The translations under genes and the position numbers were made by a program. Positions 33,700 to 42,564 of a stretch of DNA of 42,564 nt are shown piece by piece; position 1 is the first letter of the stretch, and every line of letters begins with the position of its first letter. A model generated the notes under the pieces. The model had not been told where the DNA came from. It made no database searches and was given only the letters and a program-made list of their open reading frames with translations. This DNA is from Chiloscyllium plagiosum (lineage: Eukaryota), in assembly GCF_004010195.1 (NCBI RefSeq), contig NC_057720.1, positions 30,889,350 through 30,931,913 of the forward strand, given 5' to 3'.

Positions 33700-36600
33700 G
33701 TTCCAGCTTGACAATCTTGAGCACAGAATGGTGAGTTGCTTCCCTGGTGCCAGAATCAAGGATGTCTCAGAGAGGGTGCAGAATATTCTCAAGAGGGAAA
33801 GGGCTCAGCAGGAGGTCACTGTACACATTGGAACCAACGATATAGGAAGAGAAAAGGTTGAGATTCTGAAGGGACAATATAGAAAGTTAGGCAGGAATTT
33901 AAAAAGGAGGTCCTCGAGAGTAGTAATGTCTGGATTAAGCCTGGTGCCACGAGCTAATGAAAGCAGGAATAGGAGGATAGAGCAGATGAATGCATGGCTG
34001 AGGAGCTGGTGTATGGGAGAAGTATTCACATTTTTGGATAATTAGAACCTCTTCCAGGGTAGACGTGACCTGTACAAGAAGGATGGATTGCACCTAAATT
34101 GGAAGGGGAATAGTATACTGGCAAGGACATTTACTAGAGCTGCTCAGGAGGATTAAACTAGTAACGTGCGGTGGGTTGGACCCCGGGGGTTGGGGGAGCG
34201 TGGTGGGACCCAGGAAGATACTGAGGAAAGAGCAGGCAGGGAAAAAGCAGAGAACAAGGTAGGACTGATAAATTAAACTGCTTTTATTTCAATATAAGAG
34301 GCCTAACAGGGAAGGCAAATGAACACAGGGCATGGTTAGGAACATGGGACTGGGATATTATAGTTATTACAGTAACATGCCCAGGGATGGACAGGATTGG
34401 CAGCTTAATGTTCCAGGATACAAATGCTATAGGAAGGACAGAAAGGGAGGCAAACAAGGAGGGGGAATGGTGTTTTTGATAAAGGATAGCATTACAGCTG
34501 TATTGAGTGAGGATTTTCATGGAAATACATCCAAGGAAGTTATTTGGGTGGAACTGAGAAATAAGAAAGGGATGATCATCTTATTGGGATTGTATTATAG
34601 ACCCCCTAATAGTCAGAGGGAAATTGAGAAACAAATTTTGTAAGGAGCTTTCAGTTATCTGTAAGAATAATAGGGTGGTTATGGAAGGGGATTGTGAATT
34701 TCCAAACATAGACTGGGACTGCCATAGTGTTATGAGTTTAGATGGAGAGGAATTTGTTAAGCATGTACAAGAAAACTTTTTGATTCAATATGTGGATGTA
34801 CCTGCCAGAGAAGGTGCAAAAGTTGACCTACTCTTGAGAAATAAAGGAGGGCAGGTGACTGAGGTGTCAGTGGGGGAGCACTTTAGAGCCAACGACCATA
34901 ATTCCATTAGATTTAATATAGTGATGGAAAGGGATAGATCAGATCTAAGGTTGAAGTTCTAAATTGGAGAAGGGCCAATTTTGATGGTATTAGTCAAGAA
35001 CTTTCAAAAGCTGATTGGGGGCAGATGTTCACAGGTAAAGGGACGGCTGGAAAATGGGAAGCCTTCAGAAATGAGATAATGAGAGCCTGGAGACAGTATT
35101 TTCCTGTTAGGGTGAAAGAAAAGGCTGATAGCTATAGGGAATGCTGGATGACTAAAGAAATTGAGGTTTTGGTTAAGAAAAAGAAGGAAGCATATGTCAG
35201 GTTTGGACAGGATAGATTGAATGAATCCTTAGAAGAGTATAAAGGCAGTAGGAGTCTACTTAAAAGGGAAATCAGGAGGGCAAAAAGGTGACATGAGATA
35301 GCTTTGGCAAATAGAGTTAAGGAGAATCCAAAGGGTTTTTACAAATACATTAAGGACAAAAGGGTAACTAAGGAGAGAATAAGGCCCCTCAAAGATCAGC
35401 AAGACGGCCTTTGCATGGAGCCGCAGGATATGGGGGAGATATTAAACAAGTAATTTGCATCAGTATTTACCGTGGAAAAGGATATGGAAGATAGAGACTG
35501 TAGGGAAATAGATGGTGACATCTTGCAAAATGTCCAGATTACAGAGGAGGAAGTGCTGGATGTCTTGAAATGGGTAAAGGTGGATAGATTTCCAGGACCT
35601 GATCAGGTGAACCCTAGAACCTTGTGGGAAGCTAGGGAACTGATTGCTGGGCCTCTTGCTGAGATACTTGTATCATCGATAGTCACAGGTGAAGTGCCAG
35701 AAGACTGGAGGTTGGCTAATGTGGTGCCACTATTTAAGAAAGTGGTAAGGACAAGCCAGGGAACTATAGACCAGTGAGCTTCACTTCGGTGGTGGGCAAG
35801 ATGTTGGAGGAAATCCTGAGGGACAGGATAAACATGTATTTGGAAAGGCAAGGACTGACTAATGATAGTCAACATGGCTTTGTGCGTGGGAAATCATGTC
35901 TCACAAACTTGATTGAGTTTTTTGAAGAAGTAACAAAGAGGATTGATGAGGGTAGAGCGGTAGATGTGATCTATATGGACTTCAGTAAGGCATTTGACAA
36001 GGTTCCCCATGGGAGACTGGTTAGCAAGGTTAGATCTCATGGAATAAAGGGAGAACTAGCCACTTGGATACAGAACTGGCTCAAAGGTAGAAGACAGAGG
36101 GTGATGGTGGAGGGTTGTTTTTCAGACTGGAGGTCTGTGACCAGTGGAGTGCCACAAGGATTGGTGTTGGGTCCACTTCTTTTTGTCATTTTTATAAATG
36201 ATTTTGATGTGAACATAAGAGGTATAGTTAGTAAGTTTGCAGATGACACCAAAATTGGAGGTGTAGTGGAAAGCAAAGAAGGTAAGCTCAGAGCAAAATG
36301 GGACCTTGATCAGATGGGTCAATGGGCTGAGGAGTGGCAGATGGAGTTTAATTCAGATAAATGCGAGGTGCTGCATTTTGGGAAAGCAAATCTTACAGGA
36401 CTTATTCACTTAATGCTAAGGACTTAGGGAGTGTTACTGAACAAAGAGACCTTGGAGTGCAGGTTCACAGCTCTTTGAAAGTAGAGTCGCAGGTAGATAG
36501 GGTAGTAAAGAAGCCGTTTGGTATGCTTATCTTTATTGGTCAGAGTATTGAGTACAGGAGTTGGGTGATCATGTTGCGGCTGTACATACATTGGTTAGGC

Positions 36601-37325
36601 CACTTTTGGAATATTGTATGCAATTCTGGTCTCCTTCCTATTGGAAAGATGTTGTGAAACTTGATAGGGTTCAGAAAAGATTTACAAGGATGTTGCTAGG
36701 GATGGAGGATTTGAGTTGTAGTGAGAAGTTGAATAGGCTAGGGCTGTTTTCCCTGGAGTGTCGGAAGCGGAGGGGTGACCTTATAGTGGTTTATAAAATC
36801 ATAAGGGGCATGGATAGGATAAATAGACAAAGTCTTTTCTCTGGAGTGGGCGGAGTCCAGAATTAAAGGGCATAGGTTTAGGGTGAGAGGGGAAAGATAT
36901 AATAGAGACCTAAGGGGCAATGTTTTTACGCAGTAGGTAGTGCATATGTGGAATAAGCTGCTAGAGGAAGTGGTGGAGGCTGATGCAATTGCAACATTTA
37001 AGAGGCATTTGGATGGGTATATGATTAGGAAGGGTTTGGAGGGATATGGGCCGGGTGCTGCAGGTGGGACTAGATAGGGTTAGAATATCTGGTCGGCATG
37101 GACAAGTTGGACCGAAGGCAAAAGTGAGGACTGCAGATGCTGGAAACCAGAGTCTAGATTAGAGTGGTGCTGGAAAAGCACAGCAGGTCAGGCAGCATCC
37201 GAGGAGCAGAGAAAATCAACGTTTTGGGCGACAGCCCTTGCCCGAAACATCGATTTTCCAGCACCACTCTAATCTAGACTTGGATCGAGGGTTCTGTTTC
37301 CGTATTAATCCATCTATGACTCTCT
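33700..37325 (+). mobile_element. Long decayed CR1 LINE (ORF1 esterase end plus ORF2 APE and RT)
   Basis: MVSCFPGARIKDV...VHIGTND (esterase), YYRPPN, ANDHN. Open RT stretch 35774-36427 with QHGF, DFSKAFD, GVPQG and SKFADDTK. Stops and frameshifts elsewhere. Confidence 0.92.
37119..37280. mobile_element. ~160-bp fold-back Penelope-end insert in the CR1 3'UTR
   Basis: Perfect 27-bp inverted arms at 37151-37177 and 37254-37280. Degenerate TSD ttggaccgaagg (37107-37118) / ttggatcgaggg (37280-37291). Confidence 0.8.
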
Positions 37326-37496
37326 GTCAAGCCATACACTAACAATCAAGCAAACTTTATTAAGCAAACTCAGTGTGGAGTGCATATTCTTGCTAGAAAC
37401 TATGACACAGAGCTCTAACCTGTGCAAAAATCAAGTATATGGCCAGTCACTATGCTTCTTTCAATTAAACAAATGCTTGAGGGACAACTGTTCTAT

Positions 37497-38579
37497 TTCT
37501 TGTGGTAATGAGTCAATCAGAGATGACTTGACTTATTTAGACTTAAATAAAGGTTTTAAGGATATCTGTTCTCCAATGCATTCTCCATGGCATCACCTCA
37601 CCCAGTCAGAGTTGACTTCCTAACTAATCAGCACCTTTTTCTTATACAATGGAACATGTTGATAAGCACTACTTAAAATTTGGGGCTTAAGACAGAGATA
37701 AAGACATTCATTTCACGCAGATGGTCTTGAGTGTTTGGAACTCACTTCCTAAAAAGGTAGTCAAAGCAGAGTCTTTGAATTTTTTCAGACAGTGGAGGGT
37801 AGATTCTTGATATGCAAAGGGTGATAGGTATTAAATCAGTCATGATCTTATTAAATGGTGGTGTAGAGTCGAAGGTTCTGGATTAGTGGTGCTGGAAGAG
37901 CGCAGCAGTTCAGACAGCATCCGAGGAGCAGTAAAATTGACGTTTCGAGCAAAAGCTCTTCATCAGGAATACAGGCAGAAAGCCTGAAGGGTGGAGAGAT
38001 AAGTAAGAGGAAGGTGTGAGTGGGGAGAAAGTAGCATGGAGTCCAATTGGTGAGTGGGGGAGGGGATGAAGGCGATAGGTCAGGGGGGAGGGTGGAGTGG
38101 ATAGGTGGAAAAGAAGATAGGCAGGTAGGACAGGTCATGGGGACAGTGCTGAGCTGGAAGTTTGGAACTGGGGTGAGTGGGGGGAAGGGGAAATGAGGAA
38201 ACTGTTGAAATCCACATTGATGCCGTGGTGTTAAAGTGTTCCAAAGCGGAAGATGAGGCGTTCTTCCTCCAGGCGTCTGGTGGTGAGGGAGTGGTGGTGA
38301 AGGAGGCCCAGGACCTCCATGTCCTCGGCAGAGTGGGAGGGGGAGTTGAAATGTTGGGCCACAGGGCGGTGTACAGAGGCTGTAACCTGTCACCAAATCA
38401 CCCTTTATTTACATCTGCACAGTACACTGGCTGTGGCCAGCCAGCTCAGAGCTCATTACTTTCTCATGGTAATGCCTCAACCAGAGCTGACTTGATTTAA
38501 TTGGACTTAAACAAAATCTTCAAGGATATCTGTTCTCCAATGCATTCTCCATGGCATCACCTCACCCAGTCAGAGTTGA
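37497..38579 (+). repeat. Dispersed direct repeat of ~120 bp (about 37497-37615 and 38461-38579)
   Basis: 58 identical bases at 37558-37615 and 38522-38579; the upstream halves are diverged. Confidence 0.9.
37865..38370 (-). mobile_element. Penelope-like 3' remnant with intact hammerhead core
   Basis: Terminal GTGGTGCTGGAAGAG module. Minus strand CTGATGA-a-gagc-tttt-gctc-GAAA-CGTC at 37939-37966, then C-terminal endonuclease remnant. Confidence 0.8.
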
Positions 38580-38933
38580 TCAATCATGAGCTCAGAGTCA
38601 ATACCTGAACTGAAGTGATTCTAAATCCCCTGTTGATATTTTTTCTTTTCTTTTTATCTTTTTCTTCCTTTTTCCCCAAAAAAGAAGCAGAAACCAACAG
38701 CAGCAGTAACACACTGACTGTAGCACCAGCCAGCACAGAGTCAGTGTCTTAAACTGAGGAGACTCTAAATCTCCTGGTTATTTTTTATTCTTTTTTTCTC
38801 TCTTTTTCTTTTGCTTCTAACCCCCACATTACCTCCTAACTGCAGTAGTGCTTATTTTTTCCCCAGCCCCCATGTTGTGTGTGTGTGTGTGCAGGTGTGA
38901 AAGACACAAGGTGCACAAATCTCTATTCAATTT

Positions 38934-39228
38934 CCACCACCAGGAAGAAAAGAAACACCCGAGTGGCCAATGAGAAATAGTGCTCTCCACATCTGAGTGA
39001 TCAAACAGTGAAGGGGAGGGCAGGGATTAAATCAAAATTGAGTTGGATGGGGAATCCCCTGTTAATTTTTCTTTTTTTCCCACCACCAAGAAGAAAAGAA
39101 ACACCCAAGTGGCCAGTGAGAAGCAGTGCCCTTCACGTCAAAGGGTAATGCTCCTTGATCAAACAGTGAAGGGGAGGGCAGGGGTTAAATCAAAATAGAG
39201 TTGGAGGGGGAAATCCCCCGTTAATATT
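38934..39228 (+). repeat. Diverged tandem duplication of ~135-150 bp
   Basis: CCACCACCA.GAAGAAAAGAAACACCC.AGTGGCCA...TGATCAAACAGTGAAGGGGAGGGCAGGG.TTAAATCAAAAT at about 38934-39068 and 39080-39228. Confidence 0.9.
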
Positions 39229-39596
39229 TCTCAGCCAGTACCTCCTGATTGGCCTAGGTTAACCAGCCCAGTCAAGGACCTCATAGTCAATGAAGTCCAC
39301 TTGTTTCCAATCACTACAGTTCACGAAAAAAATCTGTAAATAGATAAGGGTCCAAACACAGTTCTGTAACAACTTTGCACAGAGAGAAAGAAAACAACTC
39401 ATTGGGTTCGGATTGTCCTCAGATGCAGTTGCAAAACAAAAACATTTTCTGCTCATTCAAGAAAAATCATTTGCCTCCCTTTGAAGGCAAGAAGAGGGTC
39501 TTGGATCTTAACAGACCCTCATTATACCTTGGCAGTAGTCTTTCACCATTGTGCCATGGTGATTACAACCCTAAGTTTTCACATTTGCAAGTGGAT

Positions 39597-39900
39597 ATGA
39601 TTTGGAGATGCCGGTGTTGGACTGGGGTGTACAAAGTTAAAAATCACACAACACCAGGTTATAGTCCAACAGGTTTAATTGGAAGCACTAGCTTTCGGAG
39701 TGCTGCTCCTTCATCAGGTGGTTGTGGAGGACACAATTGTAAGGCACAGAATTTATAGCAAAAGTTTACAGTGTGATGTAACTGAAATTATACATTGAAA
39801 AATATTTTGATTGTTTGTTAAGTCTCTCATCTGTTAGAATGACCATGATAGTTTCATTTCTTTCATATGTAAATCACAAAACGTTAAATTGGTAGATTGA
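39597..39900 (-). mobile_element. Penelope terminal module (family of 20519-20654) with hammerhead motif at 39686-39720
   Basis: Near-identical to 20519-20654. Minus strand cac-CTGATGA-a-ggag-cagca-ctcc-GAAA-GCTA-gtg. Confidence 0.85.
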
Positions 39901-39914
39901 GCCAAAGCCCAACA

Positions 39915-40232
39915 GTGTGTGTGTGTGTTTGTGTACATGCACGTGTGTGTATGTGTGTACTTGTTTGTGTACGTGTATACATGTGTGTGCCTCTGTGTAC
40001 TTGTGTGTACGTGTGTGTATGTATATGCATGTCCGTCTGCGTATGTGTACATGTGTGCATGTATGTACTTGTGGGTACACGTGGGTGTTTGCATCTGTGT
40101 GTATACATGTGTGTGTGCATATGTACATGTGTATGTGATCGTGTACATGTACATTTGTCTGTGTGAATGTGTACGTGTGTGTATACATGTGAATATGTGT
40201 ATGTGTATGTGTGTGCATAGGTGTGTGTGTGT
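39915..40232 (+). repeat. Degenerate (GT/AT/AC)n alternating purine-pyrimidine simple repeat
   Basis: About 320 bp of gtgtgt/gtat/gtac units. Confidence 0.95.
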
Positions 40233-40879
40233 AGGATATCATATTCATGTCAGTGCCCTGCAGATGGAGCTAGTGTCGACTGTAAGAGTCAGTCTGCTGT
40301 AGCTCTCATGTTTAATCATGATGACTGTTATGCAGGACGAATAAACAGAAAAACCTTTTTTTTCACAAATGTCAGAAGAGATTCTTGTGACCAAACACTG
40401 TTATTTGATGAGTCATTGGCTAAACATAAACTGAAAAATAATAAGTCATGAGGTTCCCACAGTTATTTGATACTGTGCAGAAATGCCTCTTAAGCTCTAC
40501 TGGATATTCTTAATGTAAAAACAGTATTGTTTTTAAGATGTTAAGGATTTTGTAATTGTGTAAGTATAAATAAAAGGGCAAAGATACCTAAATATTCTAA
40601 ATTAACTAAAACCTCTGACACCAACATTCAGACTTGCCACATCTGCAGTTTCTACTTTAGTCTTTAATTGCATCTCCTTCAATCCTGATTCTCATTACCT
40701 CCACCATGAGTCGTCCTATCGGCATTTATTGTTTCTCACAATAATTCAAGTTTCTCACAGGAACTATTTCCAGTTTCAAATTCCCTCTTGCACTTTCTAT
40801 TCAAACTTTGGTTTCAAAGAATCTATATTCTACACACTGATGCTCTGTTTTCCTGGTGTATGGTTTTACTCCAGAATTA

Positions 40880-41010
40880 TCTACCACCTGATGAAGGAGC
40901 GACGCTCCGAAAGCTAGTGTGCTTCCAATTAAACCCGTTGGACTGTAACCTGGTGTTGTGTGATTTTTAACTTTGTACACCCCAGTCCAACATCGGCATC
41001 TCCAAATCAT
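40880..41010 (+). mobile_element. Penelope terminal module in the opposite orientation
   Basis: Reverse complement of 20519-20645 and 39597-39722. Confidence 0.85.
40885..40919 (+). ncRNA. Minimal type I hammerhead-ribozyme motif
   Basis: cac(40885)-CTGATGA(40888-40894)-a-ggagc-gac-gctcc-GAAA(40909-40912)-GCTA-gtg. Predicted cleavage after 40916. Confidence 0.7.
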
Positions 41011-42269
41011 ATCTAACTCTCAGCACTTTAGCATCAAAATATCATTCTGTGTTTTGCACTACATCAAATTCATGCATTGTTCTGTTGCTCTTCAAATTTT
41101 AAAACCTTTATCCAAACAATGTTAATCCTTCGAGCCCTCTTATGGAATTGAACTACTAGCCTCTGCTGTGTCAAAGGCTTCCTGTTTTATTATTCTCAAT
41201 GCAGTCAGTTTCTCTGAACTTGTTTCTCTTGTTCTGCTGTGTACAGAACAGAAAATGAAGGGAGTTTCCTGGGTGTCACGGACAGCATTGCTCTTGCAGC
41301 CAGTAATTCCTGAAGAAAAGAATTAAATAGGCATTCATCTTTATTCCTGATAAAAACAGAATGTATGCTGTAAGGCCTATGAGACAATGATCATTGAGTC
41401 TATGCTTATACTGTTGCCTTTTACTGTCAGCCTCAATAACTCTTGTATCACCAACCTTTACTTGTTTGACAAAGGTATTCCTAAAATTGATAACAAAGAA
41501 TATCAAAGGTACTAATGCTATTTTACTGCTTTAATTTTTATAACAGACGCTGATCTTAACATTTCTTGCTTAATTACAGACTTGATGCAAAACAGCCTTT
41601 GCAATTAACCCTAGCATTAAGCAAGTCTGGTTTTGGAACTTACAACTTGGGCTTGGGGAATATATTGTAAATATTTGAATATTGACATCAAAGGAAAGTG
41701 CTATTAGCTTTGGGTAAGGTGTGTAAGACTATTATTGAAAACAACATTTCTCTGTTGTTAGGATTATATATCCTGTTATGCACAGATTTAATATTTGGCA
41801 GCTTATGCTCCACACCCTTCACATTTTTCTTGCATGAAAGGGAAATCAAATCCCTCCACAGTTTGTGAAAAATTGAAAGCATCCCTTTTGAGCTGCCTAG
41901 TTAGGCCTGGATTATAAATCTATGAGAAGTGAGTACATACTTTTTGTCTGTGGGGTTCCCAGGACACTCTGAGTATATATACCCAACCTTTAGAGCAACA
42001 TGATGATGTATTGCAATGAAGTCCACTGTAATGTGTTAGATGACAATGAGATGGGGTTGTACCCCATCTTCACATTGCTGTTAGTCTCAGGAATTCAAAT
42101 TTATGAAGAAAAGTTAAGAAAATTAACTTTGTTCTTAACGAAAATAAAACAATTTACAGAAGTGTCCAAAATAATTAGGCCAATTAATGATTTTTTGGCT
42201 CCTGGCAAATTGTTCACCCTCACAGAAATTTTAAAAATTAGTGGATGTAATTTAGAACATATGAACTTA

Positions 42270-42564
42270 TGAAGGGTGGTAAAAAAGGAGGGGGGGTGGC
42301 GTTGCTAATTAGAAATGGTATAACGGCTGCAAAAAGGCAGTTCGAGGGGGATCTGCCTTTGGAGGTAGTATGGGCTGAAGTCAGAAATAGGAAAGGTGCA
42401 GTCACCTTGTTGGGTGTTTACAATAGGCCCCCCCAATAGCAGCAGAGATGTGGAGAAACAGATTGGGAAACAGATTTTGGAAAGGTGCAGAAGCCACAGG
42501 GTAGTAGTCATGGGCGATTTCAACTTCCCAAATATTGATTGGAAGCTCTTTAGATCAAGTAGAT
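42270..42564 (+). mobile_element. CR1 LINE AP-endonuclease fragment running off the window end
   Basis: GGGVALLI...WAEVRNRKGAVTLLGV...RPPNS...MGDFNFPNIDW. Confidence 0.85.

Noticed and set aside
35774..36427. Functional or domesticated reverse transcriptase gene
   Set aside because: It is only an open stretch of a CR1 ORF2, with stops and frameshifts on both sides.
39834..40302. His/Thr- and Cys/Val-rich ORFs
   Set aside because: Translations of the GT-rich simple repeat.
41013..42270. Additional host exon or gene in AT-rich sequence (also 32400-33350)
   Set aside because: No recognisable protein motif or convincing paired splice sites; a small exon cannot be excluded without expression data.

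Overview
Vertebrate nuclear DNA, most likely from a shark or ray, because it carries five HE1/V-SINE copies and their CR1-clade partner LINEs. The draft assembly has four N gaps. The only host gene I can support is the 3' half of a kisspeptin receptor (KISS1R/GPR54 family, most like the gpr54-2/Kissr2 type) on the + strand. It shows as exon 4 (8885-9123) and terminal exon 5 (18701-19036), separated by a 9.6-kb intron full of transposable elements; exons 1-3 are not visible. The rest is mostly layered mobile DNA: decayed CR1 LINEs (two with ORF1 sequence, several nested), HE1 SINEs, Penelope-like elements (RT plus GIY-YIG), a probable solo LTR, probable PIF/Harbinger remnants, a 23-bp minisatellite and GT-rich simple repeats. 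Three observations stand out. (i) Penelope ends carry minimal hammerhead-ribozyme cores. (ii) There are tiny (~150 bp) fold-back Penelope-end inserts, one with a perfect 14-bp target-site duplication. (iii) An in-frame TAG sits where homologous receptors appear to have Lys, just before a conserved-looking FVVA* tail. There is no prokaryotic or CRISPR system. All family assignments come from motif recognition by eye, not database searches, and element boundaries are approximate unless junction sequences are quoted.
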